Source: Trichosphaerium sp. ATCC 40318
Taxonomy: Eukaryota; Protista; Tubulinea
Reading direction: 5' to 3'
Assembly (NCBI GenBank): GCA_038496445.1
Contig: JALMLS010000062.1
Span: 372,001-436,000, forward strand
DNA length: 64,000 bases
A program made the position numbers and the translations under genes. Shown here one piece after another: positions 1-13,540 of the stretch (positions are counted from its first letter, which is position 1; every line of letters begins with the position of its first letter). The notes under the pieces are model-generated. The model saw only the letters and a list, made by a program, of their open reading frames with translations, made no database searches and was not told the DNA's origin.

Positions 1-846
1 CCCCTTGAGCGATGAATTATCTACAAACACAACCTTATTTACAACTCCGGGATGCCACGGGAGCGTCCGTAGCGTGACAGCTACAGAAAAGACGTTTTTT
101 GACGGTTTCCTGTGGACAGCTCCACCTGCTGGTACAGGAGATATTCAAGTTGTTGTACGATATCCCTCATACCCGTTTATACCCGCCACGCATAGTTAGA
201 GCGATAGTAACAACCATTTTTCTACAACAAACCAAAAAAGATCAGTATTTTTTTTGTTGGCTTTTTATTCCGGTATCGCTTTGATCGCCCTTTTTTCTCG
301 TTTTCTCAATAGTTTGGCCGGCAATACCAATCAAATGGATTTTTTTTTTGTCAGTAATTTGTCACGTGATTTTTGTAATTTTGTTTGTCTTATTCTTTTA
401 TCAAGTCATGGGTTCTTAAAGATAGAAATGCAGGGGACTGTAGTCTAGATATTCAGAGGCTTGTTGTTGAAGAATTTATTCCACCTCCAACAACAATACC
501 ACCTACTACCATGCCACCAAGCAACACAACAGAACCAACGATGGCACCAAGCAATGGTACAGAACCAACCATGGCACCAAGCAATGGAACAGAACCAACG
601 ATGGCACCAAGCAATGGTACAGTACCAACAGTACCAACAAACACAACTATGGCGCCAACTATGGCGCCAACGATGGCACCAAATAACGGAACAACGCCAA
701 CATCTGAAGCGCCAACAGATGAACCTACTGCACCAACCTCTGTAGCGCCAACAGCTGCTCCAAGAGCTCCACCAAGCGCTGGTAGTGTATTACAAACGAG
801 TATATTTGCCATTTGTGCCTTGTTTTTCTTGCTTGCTGGGGTATAG
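1..846 (+). CDS. 3' part of a Reeler-like domain surface protein with Pro/Thr-rich stalk and hydrophobic GPI-signal-like C-terminus (5' end outside window)
   Basis: FLWTAPPAGTGDIQV resembles the Reeler WTAP motif. Spliced to exon ~459-846 with PTMAPSNGTE repeats and a terminal hydrophobic stretch (IFAICALFFLLAGV*). Confidence 0.65.
511..680 (+). repeat. 30-bp coding tandem repeat (MAPSNGTEPT)n
   Basis: Repeated atggcaccaagcaatggtacagaaccaac units. Confidence 0.85.
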
Positions 847-1240
847 CGCAAGAAACTTTGTAGTTAATTTAAATAAATAAAAAAACCCATTAGTAGGCTC
901 ACATTTTTTATTACTTTCTACTTGGTTTCATTTATTCCCAATAGTTTGCTTGCTAGCGAGAGAAATTATGTACTTAGACTAGATTTATAACCATATAACA
1001 ACGTGCACCACTTAAAGTAATCTCAAGCTCTGTGTACTACCGTTTACTCGTTTTGACATTCACTTTGGATACGAGCTTCTCTGGCTATCTCGTAGAGAGT
1101 AAATAACATTGCACAGAAACTAACCAGTTATAGAATGAAGAAAGTTTGCGGTTCATACGGTTGAAGCAATGCCAAAAAGTAGAAGAAAATATCAAATTTA
1201 TTGATAACATGTTCTTTTTTGGATAAAGTAGACTCAGTAA

Positions 1241-2509
1241 CTAGGTGTTAATAACAACCAAGAGCGTTTTCTCGTTTAAAACGTTGACATTGGCTGCTTT
1301 AAGAGCTTCTATGGCCTCTTCTGTCACTTGGTTACATTCATAGAGATTAATTGTATGTACACCTTTTAGCGCCTGTATGCCCTCGTCTGTTACATTTCTG
1401 CAATAGCTGACGTCAATGGTGTGAACCCCAGCGGCGATTGCTTTGAGCCCTTCATCTGTAACTGCAGTGAATGTTAGATCAATAGTGTGAACACCTTTTA
1501 GGGCTTTGATCCCTTCATCTGTAACTGAAGTAGTAGAAAGGTTAATTGTATGAACACCTTTCAACGCTTTAACACCTTCGTCTGTAACGGAAGTATTATA
1601 AAGATCAATGAAGTGAACACCAGCAAGCGCTTTAATACCTTCATCTGTAATGTTAGTACATAAACGAAGGCTAATTGAGTGAACGCCTTTGAGTGCTTTG
1701 AGGCCTTCATCGGTAACTGTAGTGGACTCAATATCAATAGTGCGAACTCCAGCAAGCGCTTTAAGTCCTTCGTCTGTTACCTTATCTGCATCATAAACAC
1801 TAATGGACTGAACACCCGCAGATGCAATAGCCTTTAGATCATCATCGTCCATTTTAGATGTATAGCCGTATGGTGTTCTAATGTGCTTACAACCAGCTAG
1901 TAGCGAGTGTAGATTTTCCAATTCGAGGCATATCTGGACTACGGTATTGTTCATGATACCCTTGTAATGTTGAATTCGTAGAATATCTGGAACACGTGAT
2001 AGATACACTTTTTTGTATCCGACAACATCGTGAATAAGATCAGCCGTCAAATGACATGTTTGAGCCACAGAGAACCTTGTCTTTTCTTCTGTGTGACGTA
2101 TTATATTTGAAATAACCTCTGGTGGGAAGTCTAGAATATGATCTGTTCGTTTGATTGTCGTTACCCTTTGAGTTTAAAAACTTAGCAAAAAAAGTGACAT
2201 CTGATTTTCGTGGACGTACTCGGATTTTTGTGTGCGTTTTGGAGATCTTTCGTTCTTGGAAGTTTCCACGTGTTCATTAATATCTACTTCTGGTTCTGCT
2301 TCTGGTTCTGCTAACGTATTTGCTTGATTAAGAATCGCTTGGTCTAGCTTTCTTTTGAGGTATTCGTTGGTTTCTGTTATAATACTCTCGAGTTTTTTTA
2401 TCAACGTTTCATTTTGGTCTTCGTCTGCCGTTATTTTGTTAAAATCTTTTGTGTAGTTCTCGCGATAATATTTGATAGCTTGGTCTACTGTAACAGCTGA
2501 AAAATTCAT
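1241..2509 (-). CDS. F-box + leucine-rich repeat protein (AMN1/RNI-like LRRs)
   Basis: Exon 1 2509-~2220, intron GTACGT..CAAAG, then F-box ILDFPPEVISNIIRH...SVAQTC and ~8 repeats of VTDEGLKALxGVHTIDL. Confidence 0.85.
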
Positions 2510-2971
2510 GGTTTGCTACGTATGTGTGGTATTTGGTATTAAATGTAAGTTAAGTTAACATGTTATAAAGTCAGTTGGACTGACAATGACAATAATGGAA
2601 AGGCAGTTAGTCTTTGGTGGCCCTAGCATGCCCGTGTAGGGCATTTATAGTACATTGATAACCTCGTGCAAGGAAAAACCGTTGAAATAAAAAAGAAGAA
2701 AATCGGCTAGAAAAAAATTCGAAGTCCGCGCTGGCAATTGACAATCTCTTCAAAAAGAAGTGAAGGAAACGTTGCACGAGTTGCATACATATCATCTAAT
2801 ATTGTTGTTTGTGTAACCTAGTAGTATTAAAACAAGCCGTTTATTTACATGTTCCAAACAGCATAAAGCCACGCTCTTAACAAGAATGATCCACTTTTGG
2901 TGGTTTCAGGTTCATTAAAACCGCAATAAAAACTTGTTTATGTTTTAATTAACACGATTTAGTAATACCTT

Positions 2972-4520
2972 TTAGCTGTAAGGTGAATCCTCCATAAATG
3001 GTGCAGCTGTTTAGCGATTTAGAAGAAACTATTTAACCAAAAAAAAAGAAGCCGTACAGGGTTGTGGTCCTTCAGGATATTGCTGGTTATATGGTACATG
3101 GGCAGGAGGTGCATATCCATGTCCGTGGTTACCATATGGATTTGGTCCATTATATTGTTGAGCAGGTTGAACATAGGGTTGTTGAGGAGGTTCACCGTAA
3201 GGATAACCAACAGCTGGAGGTTGTCCTTGAACAGGCTGTGGTGTCATTGGTGCACCTACAGGTGTACGTGGTTGTTCAGCATATACTATTTTTGTTGGTT
3301 CTATTACAGTAGAAGATATTACATTCTTAGATGATTTACTGTTGAAAGGGAATGCTTGTCTACGCAAACACTAGGTTGAGTTAGTACCACCAACAATAAA
3401 TTGTGTAGAGCCCGTAGCAAGCAAGTAGTTTAACTACTTTATGCCGACACAAAATTCAGAGAAAAGATACGTGCAAGTTTTTACAGGACTGGTTGTAACG
3501 TACCCTACAAATAGCGTAGTAAGTCAAATAGATACCTACTATAATACCCATGATTATAGGTGCAGCATAAGCACTACGAAATGATGATCGTTTTTTTGTA
3601 GTTGTTGGCTTACTCCATTCAATTTCAAGGTGAGGGTAAGACTAAAAAAAAAATAAGTAAAAAAAACCAAAACCTTTGATTTCGTGTTCAAGTGCTTGCG
3701 TTGGTATAACTCCAAAAAGTGTCCTTGTCCATGAATGTATAACTCTGAGGAACAAATAACATAACTATAGAGCTCTGTTTTGATTTCCAGTCTAGCAAGC
3801 CAATTAAACCACAAAAAAGAATTCTGGAAATATGTTGATTTCAAATAAAAAAAGTAAAGTACCTGCGTCAGATGTTACAGTACTCAATCTACTGTTACCT
3901 ATATCGAAAGTGGTTTGTCTACTTATTAAAGAAGATGATACTCTATAAGCAAAACCTATAACGCAAGTGTTAGCATGCGTCAGAAAGCAGGAATAAAAAT
4001 GAAAACAACATAGGTTTGCAACGAACCTTGTTTTGGATAGGACCACGTGTCATATTTATAGGAATAAATGCTACCACAGCGTCTTTGTGACGGATCTGGT
4101 GTTGGTATAACGTAAATATTAAAGTTATGTTGAGTGAATCTTGACAATTCCATGTTTAACTTGAAATCTCGTATCTTTTGGGTTTAACAAAGTTAGTTCA
4201 CTGTTTCTGATCCAAAAACAAGCAAATTAATCCAAATAGGTATTCACGTACAGAAGCATCTTTGTCTACTTGTACACTATCAAATCTCATGTAAATTGAA
4301 GCGTTTGCTGGGATACGTGATCCTTTTGATGCGCAAATAGGCTCTATAGTGTTGGGTAGAATATAAAGAACGCTATCGGGTCTTGCTTGAATGCTTTCCG
4401 TTGCTTTTTTTTTGTAAACTAGTAAAAAACGTCTAATTAAAGCGTACATGATCCGTAAACGCTATTGACGGCGTAAAATAAGGTTACACATACAATTAAG
4501 GAGATTTCTACTGTATTCAT
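2972..4520 (-). CDS. Type-I membrane protein with Pro/Gln/Tyr-rich cytoplasmic tail
   Basis: Signal-like start MNTVEISLIVCVTLFYAV at 4520, several exons, hydrophobic segment near 3.55 kb, tail PVQGQPPAVGYPY...QP|SAPFMEDSPYS*. Confidence 0.55.
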
Positions 4521-4664
4521 TTGAATACAATTCAATCAGAGCGCTCTTACACTATAGTGCAATAGAGGTTGGTTTTAGAAGCGTTCAGTGTATTTAAAAT
4601 AGCTTAGTAACAAAACTGGTTAAGGCAACCTAGGACGTCCTTCATCTTGATCCCGCTTGTAGCA

Positions 4665-5994
4665 ATGGCAAAACGGTTGGAGTACATTACTACTCCACAT
4701 CCCGAAGAGGTATATGTGTTTGCTGATCGTTCGTTTTGGGGAGGGTACACTTCTTATAGAAAGTTTGAAGTAAAACCATTGCTAACTGCTAAAAGAACCT
4801 GTAAACGATTTTTTAAAGCAATAGTACGATCAACCGGCGCTTTAGTAGCAATAAAGGTGGTAACAAAGGGCACTCACGACTCTCACGAGTCTGTTGGGCG
4901 TATTTTAGAGCTAGATGATCGTTACACATTGTCATACAAAAAGTGCTTTTTTGTTAATAACAAGTACTATGTACGTACGCATAAAAACTTTTTGTGTGAA
5001 ATCCACACCAAAACACGTGCTCTTTTTGTTTGTCTTATTATATTCTGTTGTATGTAATGGAGCATTTTGATACATCATTGGAGTATTTACTACATCAGAA
5101 AGACAGATACAAACTAAGGCTTTCTGTAACTCAGATTGCAATGATTTTAAGGAATGTTGCATTAGCTTTACAAAATCTCCATAGTTATGGTCAATACCAT
5201 GGTGATGTTAAAGCAGGTATATTTAAAAGAAATATATACTTCTCTTAATATGTATTAAGATAGCATTATGATTACTACTCCAGGGATTCCAAAGCTGTGC
5301 ACGTGACTGCTATATAACTTTTTTTTCACAAAGTAAATCGTTGGTTATTGAAGGTTGATGTCTTCATCAATCCATATTCATTCATCCTTACATCCACTTT
5401 CTTCCTGGTGACATGAATGATTAGGTTACTCGGATACTACATCATATTTTCTTGATAGAAATGTACAAAAAACAACAATGAGAGTTATGATTTTATTTCA
5501 AATTAGTATACTGGTTCTCCATGTTGGATGGCTCCAGAGCTTTGTGCTTCAAATAAAGCTCCAAGGAATAAAATCGATATATGGTCATTGGGCATTACAG
5601 CTATTGAAATTGCTGAACAATTCCCTCCCAAACATAAAATGAATACTTTCAGAGTATGTAGCAATTCATATGCACTTGTTTCAGTAGCCCTTTTCTTCAA
5701 TACTGAATAAGCTCATAATACTATCCCGTTAATCCATTCTGTATAGGTTTTCACTAGCATTATTACTGATCCACCACCGAAGCTTGCAGAGGAGGAAATA
5801 TGGCCAAACAACTTTGTTAACTTTGTTGCTTTTTGCCTTATCAAAGATGTAAATGATAGGCCATCAATCTCTCAAGTGCTAAAGGTATACTTGTGTATGA
5901 TTATTTCTAATACTTATTGACACCTGCTTAGCACCAGTTCCTTCACTTGGTAGGTTCCAATAGTAACTATTCAATTATAAGAGACCCAGCTTAG
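4665..5994 (+). CDS. STE20-family protein kinase domain, probably a pseudokinase
   Basis: VAIK, HGDVKA, GSPCWMAPE, DIWSLGITAIEIAE..PP, CLIKDVNDRPS, HQFL motifs across ~6 exons. No DFG or Gly-rich loop found. Confidence 0.8.
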
Positions 5995-6436
5995 CATGTA
6001 ATTATAACTTAGCTCTTGTCGATGTTTTACCCAAGTAACAAAATATACTTTCTCACCTAGACTTCATTTCCTAAAATTACAAGTTTAGCAAATCACGGAA
6101 GGTTGTACGCAAGCTCAAACAATTCAACCTCAATAACTCTACCAACAAAAAGAGAAAAAATTTCAAGCTCACCAACGCACTTTTCGAATCCATCAGCGCT
6201 CTTACCAGTTTGAGTAGTACCTATAAGTTATAAGTTACAAGACCAAACTACAGTACAAATTATGTGCAAACAATCACGTGTTGAAACACGTGTTGCCATT
6301 TAGTTGAACTAATTACACTTGCACACAGAATGTTTATAAAAGCAGGGCTTTGGATTCAAAGGCTGCTATTCAGCTAAGTTGATCAAGTCTTTGCGAGTAA
6401 AGGTAATTAAAGTAACTCTTTCAGCGTTAAAATACA

Positions 6437-8738
6437 ATGTGTCCGCAAAAGAAACGACGTAAAGTAATAGATAGTGTATCAAAACAAGCCTGCGAGCTAT
6501 GTCGTTCAAAGCACGTTAAATGCGATGGAAAGTATCCTTGTTCACGCTGCGTTAAGCGTGGAGTAGCTTGCGAGTACAAACGGCGCAAAAAAAGAGGACC
6601 TATTGAAGGTACACGTACCGATAAGTGTAAATGTTTATTTACTTCAAAACAAAGGGAGACGAAGTAAACTCTTACTGGAACTCGAGGAAGTACGCCTAGA
6701 GCTTCAAAAACAACAAGAAATAGCAATCAAATGGAAAAATATGTATGAGCGCACTACAGCATCCACTGTACGGCCTAAAATCAATGAATGAGTTCACGTG
6801 ATTTTTTATGTAAATTATATAATTTATGTTTAATTCATGTTTGTTTTTCTAGGCAACTCTTTGGAATCTCTCTGTACACTTTGGTCTTGTATCATCTATC
6901 ACTAACTACCTGGAAATATATCGTGAATGTCTTAATCCTTGGAGTGTACTTTTTTTAAATATCACGTGACAAGCTAATGAAAATGATAGGGAGCTCTTAC
7001 TGTTACTTGGACTCCGAATCACGTTTTGGACAGTTTCAAGACAAACACAAGTACCTCAGCACCTATCAGTTTCAACTAGCTAAACAATTTAGTATGGATG
7101 GTTGATCCTTGCATGTTAGAGATATTATCTTGCATGGCATGGGGAGCAAGATTGAGAGGGTTTAATGAACATGCTAATACTTTTAAAGACATGGCTAGAC
7201 AAATACTTAGGAATTTATTTGATACAAGAAACGTTATGGTTGCAAGTGAGTTACTATCTAACTTCACCCTGCTAATAGCTTCTATAGCAAGCACTTATAG
7301 TTTAGGTTTGTATGAAGCAACTGTGGGTGACCCTTCTCAGGGGTGCTATTTGATGCAATTATCCAAGTGTATGTAAAAGCACTATAGTATAATTTCTAGA
7401 TTGATTGGTAAATTTAGCAATGGCTTCACACCTGCTGTGTGATAACATTGTTACGCACTCTTCTGAAAAGTGGCGCTTAAAATTATTGCAAAGAACTCTT
7501 AAGCTTCACAAACTAGAGATTTTGGGGGGAGACAGGTACTCGTGAATGAAAGTAAAACCTTTTTGATGCTTATTTCATGTTGAGAAAAACAATTGTGGAA
7601 GGATATAATGATGTTCTTGACCAATTAAGCTCTATACCACGGGATGAAGAAAGATATATTGATAAGTTAAAAGAACCAGAGCGTATACAATTGATTTGGT
7701 CAACTATATGTAGTGTATGTATTGTTGATAATATTTACAGCCTAGTATTCTTTCATTGTTTTTACTCACCCTCACCTCTTTTGTTTTAGATTTTCTTTTC
7801 TTTCGCTAAAATGCCTTGGTTTGGTGATGTTTATGATCTACATTTGGTACACATTGGTTATTTTGTGGAGTAAGTAACACATTCTTAACAGCAAGCTTCG
7901 GAGTTTTCAGTATACATGAAAAAGTTAGAACACGTCACTGAACTTTTGGACGATACTGAAACCTCAGCTGTCAACAAAAAATTCCTGAAAATAATGATAT
8001 TGGCTGTTAGAGCACTTGTAACTCTATGTGCATCAGATAAAGACATGGCATTAACAGTACATTAAACATCTTCAATTCATATTCTCATTTTTTTCTTAAG
8101 CTTGCATGGACTTGCTGGAGAAAGTACAATGAATACTCGAATATGACATACTTTCCTATGAGCATATGTATAGCTTATGATTGCTGTTGTGTTGCTATAA
8201 GTTGTAAAGATGATATACTATTTCAAAACGTAAGCTGTTCAGCAATTCACTTTTTTTCTTATTTTGTTTTGTAGACATTCCAGAGTTTATTGACCTTATC
8301 AAAGACATGGAAATCAGCAGCAGTGTTCTTAAAGTAATACTTTAATAGTATTATATATCATTTAACCAGGGTATAGCTTTGGATATAAAGAAGCTGAAGA
8401 AAAAGGAATGAATGTAGAACCTTTTACAAAAGCAATTGAGGATTTGAGAAACAAACTGCCAATAACTTTTGATGCAATGTATGCACTTTCATTGTTTTCT
8501 ACAGCTTTGTATCGCTTGCTAATGTAATTTGTGTAGTATTACTGCCCCTAGCACGCCACAAATTGTCGAAGTTGAAGAAGTGATGTTATCTCCAGATGGA
8601 AACGAAATCCAATCACCTTCGCTAGATAATTATAACCCACAACTATTTAATGATGGAGAAACTGATATTACTCACCTGTACCTGACCGAAGCAAACCTTG
8701 ATTCTGAAGATGATTGGGGAGATTTACTAGACCTGTAA
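6437..8738 (+). CDS. Zn(II)2Cys6 binuclear-cluster transcription factor
   Basis: ACELCRSKHVKCDGKYPCSRCVKRGVACEY + KRGP, coiled coil, multi-exon body, acidic C-terminus. Confidence 0.88.
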
Positions 8739-9036
8739 CTCGAGAAAAAAATCAAAGGAAAAAAAAAGTTCATTGGAACATTAATGATGTCCACTTATGT
8801 ATGTCATTTCAGCTATCCAAGTTATACCCTTGAGCAAATTGGTCAGTTACGTTGAGTTTTACAACAATTGAAATGTCAAACGCAGTTTTTGTTCCAAAGT
8901 ACTGCGGAACTGTTTTATCTGCGTAGAAATAGCGAATCAGATTATTAAAATACGAATTCGCAGTACTAGAAGCCTTAAATCTCGTTCGGGTTGATTAAGT
9001 CCGTTATTTTTCATATCACAGAGAACAGGTAGCAGG

Positions 9037-10539
9037 ATGTCGTCGAATATGTATGTGATTCTTATTGTAGCGATAAACCAATGTTATTTAGGAGCGTAGA
9101 ACTGTACTTGGATAAAATGAGTCAACCAGCGAGGTAAATGAGTGTTTAATGGTAAAATAACACGATATAGAGCCGTTTGGTGGTTTATGCTGCTTGAAAA
9201 TATCCCTCACAAGCTAAAAGTGCTACACATACTTAAAGGACAACATAGAACCGCCGAATATCGTGAAATGTACGTCTCTGGTTTTGGTAAAATCATTTAT
9301 GCCAAGTTTGGTTCTTTTAGAGCTTTTACATCTTTTTATCGCTTACATCTTGTGTAATTGAACCATATAACGTGTTAGTTTATTATTTTTATTTACTTTC
9401 TATTTAAGCAACCCTCACGGAAAATTACCAGCAATTGTGATTAACGGCGTTATTAAACTCAATGAGAGGTATACTTTTGCGATGTTTCTTTGACACATGA
9501 TACAGAAAAGTCAAGTCGCCAATGTAAACTTCCTAACGCCTTTAGTCATTCGATTTTACGCTATCTGGCTGATAAATTCAACGCTCCTGATCATTGGTAT
9601 CCTAAATCACTAGAAGCTAGAGCTAGAGTAAATGAATACTTGGATTGGTACGGAAATCTTTGCTTTTCTTTTTTTTTTTTCAAAGTTTTGAAAAAAAACT
9701 ACTTCAGAGAGCTTTCAGTCTCTAGTGTGGAGTTGTTTGTTCAGTATTGTAAGAGAAACTTCTTAAACTTTAACTCAGGCATCACTTGCACTTGCGGAAA
9801 TACGCCGTAAAATACTTTCGGTACGAGGATGAATTTTTTTAAGCGTATCACAAGATGACACGTGATTAATTTTACAAAAATAGTTACAAATACATTGGAC
9901 CAATGTTTGCAGAAGGAAAAAGGCCTTCAGGTATGCAATCCATTTCTATATCTTCTGATGTTGTTAGCACAATCTGTTCTCTCATGTGAAAAGTCGGTAC
10001 GTATTATAAATTATGTCTAAACGAATATGTCTAAATTGGTTGGTTTTTTAGCTAAAGAAAACATTGAATACCATTGATAAGCTTTACTTGGGCAGTACAC
10101 AATTCGTTTGTGGTAGTCAAGTGAGGTACAATACGGCAGTAATTCATTACCTTTCAACCATTTTTGTTAATGTGTAGTTGTCAACTTATCTTTGTGTGTT
10201 ATAGCATTTCAGACTTAATTTGTTACTCTGAAGTAAAACAATTGGCAATTTTAAGATTTGATTTTGAGGAATATCCAAAACTATCAAAATGGGCACGTGT
10301 TTTTATAGATTATTACAGTTTTATGCTTTCAAATCCTACTGTTTTTCCCTTGAAAACGCTGTTTTTATAAGCGAAATAAAACGCAAAGCTGCGGTAGAAA
10401 ACAAAAATTTACAATTTTGAACTTCTTCGCTATTTTTCCCTCTTACATTGTGTAGATGGAGGCTATGGAGCAATTACCACACTGGGAGGAAGTACACAAG
10501 ATTCTTAACATAATAGTTCAGCGTCAAAGCAAGCTTTAA
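9037..10539 (+). CDS. Glutathione S-transferase, theta class
   Basis: SQPARAV, NPHGKLPAI, ESHSILRYL, DHWYPKSLEARARVNEYLDW, ISDL. Ends SKL*. Confidence 0.9.
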
Positions 10540-11727
10540 ACACTAATACACAAATTAAACAAATGTACACAGCCAAATAGTTCAATGGGTTTTTTACATG
10601 TCTACTCAAGACTTGAATTGTCGCTCTTTTATGTTAAGCCACATGAGTACGGATTCTTGCCTATGTATTGTTGCTTACCGTTTAAATGAGTTTGTCGTAT
10701 GTATGCCGATACAGACTGCAGTCAAAATGCTACATTCTGATGATTTGTTTATTTCACAATTTTCCAAGTAAATTGTTCACTTTGGTTACCGTTTAAAAGG
10801 TAAATAAAAATGTCAAACACATAATAACTATTCCACCAATAGTTGATAGAATAACGTCGGCGCTTTTAGCACAGTTGAAAATAAATAGTGCGCTACTAAC
10901 TAAGACAAAGTGTCAAAAAAGACAATCATCATTTACCAATAGGGAAAATTTGCGACTCACGTTCAATAAGAGAATAGCATGTGGTGCCTTTATCAAGAGC
11001 TACTTCTCCTCTAGGAGAACAACCAGTTGGGTACTTCACTATTTCAACACTGTTAGATAAGAATGGTGGACCTGCATCCTTAACAGTATAAAGAAGTATG
11101 CCACTTCCAGTCGGATATATTGGACATTTTAAAAATGTAATAAGTGTCCCTCTATCAACACCGAATCTTGTCAAAGCAGTTATAGTAACAGTATCTATTG
11201 TTAACTATTAACATCGAGAATTAAAAAAGCTCTCATCAATGTAGGCTAGTGCCGGAAAGTCAAGAAACTAAAAAACCTTGAGTGCATTTTGAGGTTTTTT
11301 TTTTTGGCAAACCAAACTGACTTTTTTTGGAGATTGTCAAAAAGCCGTACCGTTAAAAACTGCCTCTTTGCTTTCAAAATTCCATAACCTGCCGTCCATT
11401 TCCGTAATATGGAAGACCCATACGTTGTTTATGCATGTAGCTTCAAAAGGTCGGAAATTACCTACACACTATCCGCTTACGCGTTAATACTCATTACAAG
11501 AACAAGCATTTTTACGTACTTGCGCAAAATAGTCACGCTTTTTTCGAGAAACAACTTAAACACATGCATGTACAACGCGTGACTTAATAAGGTTCCTTTT
11601 GCTTACAAGTTCAGAGAATGCAATGTATCGCGTTGTAGTTAGGACCAAACTCTTTTGACGTTTAAACAGCAACGGCTTGCTTGTACAGCCATGATTTGCA
11701 TAGTTTCCCATCTAAATAAAAATGGAA

Positions 11728-11802
11728 CGCTTCTGGTAGGGATCGAACCTACGACCTCACGATTAACAGTCGTGCGCTCTAAACCAACTGAGCTACAGAA
11801 GC
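11728..11802 (-). tRNA. tRNA-Asn (GTT)
   Basis: GCTTCTGTAGCTCAGTTGGTTTAGAGCGCACGACTGTTAATCGTGAGGTCGTAGGTTCGATCCCTACCAGAAGCG folds as a cloverleaf; followed by a T-run. Confidence 0.97.
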
Positions 11803-11948
11803 TTGAATGTGATAGTCAGACGGCGTAGACGTGTACCCACCGAAAAAGCGTGGCTTTGTGTAACTTTTTTTGCAATGTCAAGCTTGTTCACAACATGAGA
11901 ATTTTGAATGACTGTTTTTTTATTGTTTTACATTGACCACGTGTTTGT

Positions 11949-12869
11949 TCATTCTAACTTATCGAATAAAGGTGTTCCAAGCTTTCTCACTCTCCATCTT
12001 TCATATAAAGTATGCTTTGCGCTTTCTCTTGAGCATACCATTTTGTAATAGGTGTTCAAGTATGGATATTTTTCAATGGTAAATCCATGGTATACTAAAA
12101 AGCACAAAAGAGGGTGGAACGCGCAATCTGCCAGTGTGAATGTATCTCCAGCTACGAATGCTGATTCCTTTAGATAAACGTTCCAATACTTTTCTGCTTC
12201 TTCATGGATAGATTTACGACCCTCAATAATCTCTTGAATACGTGGTCTCCATACACTCTCATCTTTGAATAAAAGTTCGATTGGATCAATGCACATGCCA
12301 AAAGAATCGCTCTCAGCTTGTCTCATTAATACCTTCGCCGCTTTCTGATTGTCGATTGGTATTAAAGGTGTACTTGGATACCTCCTCTCAAGATAAAGCA
12401 TGATTGCTTGAGACTCGTATATAATGAGAGGCTTACCGCCTTGTGTAGTCTATTCAACAAGAAGTTAGCGTACCTTATCTCATAGTTTTTCTAGAACGCA
12501 CATCTGTGTCATCTATAAGTGTTGGTGTCAATCCGCGTGGGTTTAAGGCGAGGTATTCCTTCGATTTGGTATGTTTTGGGGTGCACATAATACGCATACG
12601 AATAGCCTTGTACCTTCAAGTTTGTTAGTAAGTACCGATAATTTTCACGTGCGTACTCCAGGTTTTTTTCGAACAGCACCATTCTCACACGCATTGAGGG
12701 AGTTGAACCTTCAACGTAGTACAATGTAAGGCCTAAGAATAATTAAATACTCAATAACTTTCGCGCAAAGAAGAAAGTGTATGGCTCTACAGACAGTTTT
12801 TTATGACGTACCCTTTGGCTTGTATTCTAAGCTTTCCATTGGACGAATTTTAGGTATTTCTAGACTCAT
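11949..12869 (-). CDS. Glutathione S-transferase family protein
   Basis: LYYVEGSTPSMRVRMVLFEK, EYLALNPRGLTPTL, ESQAIMLYLERRYP, FVAGDTFTLADCAF. Confidence 0.88.
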
Positions 12870-13079
12870 TGTTGTAGTTTCTTGTATCTGTGGATAATTG
12901 ATAACGACTTTTAGCAGCTGGGCCTTAATAAGTTTCAATGAATAGTTTACATACAAGATACGATAAACATTCTGACAAAATAGTCATTGAATTCCATTCT
13001 CCATGTAAAACGATAAGTCCAACGGCAGGTTACGTACCTCATGATACACGTAGTGTTGTATTGAGGCTCACGAAAACGA

Positions 13080-13540
13080 TCATGTCTTTAGAACAGCAGA
13101 AAATTCATGGAAAAAGGAACACTGTAGACTGTCTGTTTGTACATAACTTGCTATATTTATTTTGCCAACAAATGCGTTTTTACTGTTGCCACACGTTCCT
13201 CACGTAATCTGGCATTATCTTCCTTACGTTGTTCCCTTGCAACAGCACGTTCTTCTTTACGTATTTCCATCTGTTCTTTCCTTTGTTCTCTGCGTATTTC
13301 ACGGTTCTCTAAACGTGATTCTCGTTCATATCGGCTGAACAGTACATTAGCAGGTTACAATAAGATAGAGAGATAAGAACGTACGCCTCTTCTGCTCTTT
13401 GTTCACGTTCCATTCTTTCGTAGCGAGCTCTTTCTCTAAACTCGTCTTGACGTTCTTGTGCTCTATGGTGTGCTTCTTCTTCACGTTTTTCTTTCTCCAT
13501 TTTATCGTGTTGTTCTGGAAAAAATGTGTTAGTAATAGCA
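13080..13540 (-). CDS. Small E/R-rich coiled-coil protein (ends uncertain)
   Basis: Spliced exons encoding MEKEKREEEAHHRAQERQ... and RYERESRLENREIRREQRKEQ... Confidence 0.45.

Noticed and set aside
453-851. Antisense hydrophobic ORF; similar ones at 44498-45073, 57654-57938 and 61021-61215
   Set aside because: Shadows of low-complexity coding sequence on the other strand
1300-1800. CRISPR-like periodic repeats (also 30240-30800)
   Set aside because: In-frame LRR coding repeats in a eukaryotic gene; no spacers or cas genes
10929-11240. 81-aa minus-strand ORF near the tRNA
   Set aside because: No recognisable domain or reliable start; cannot support a call
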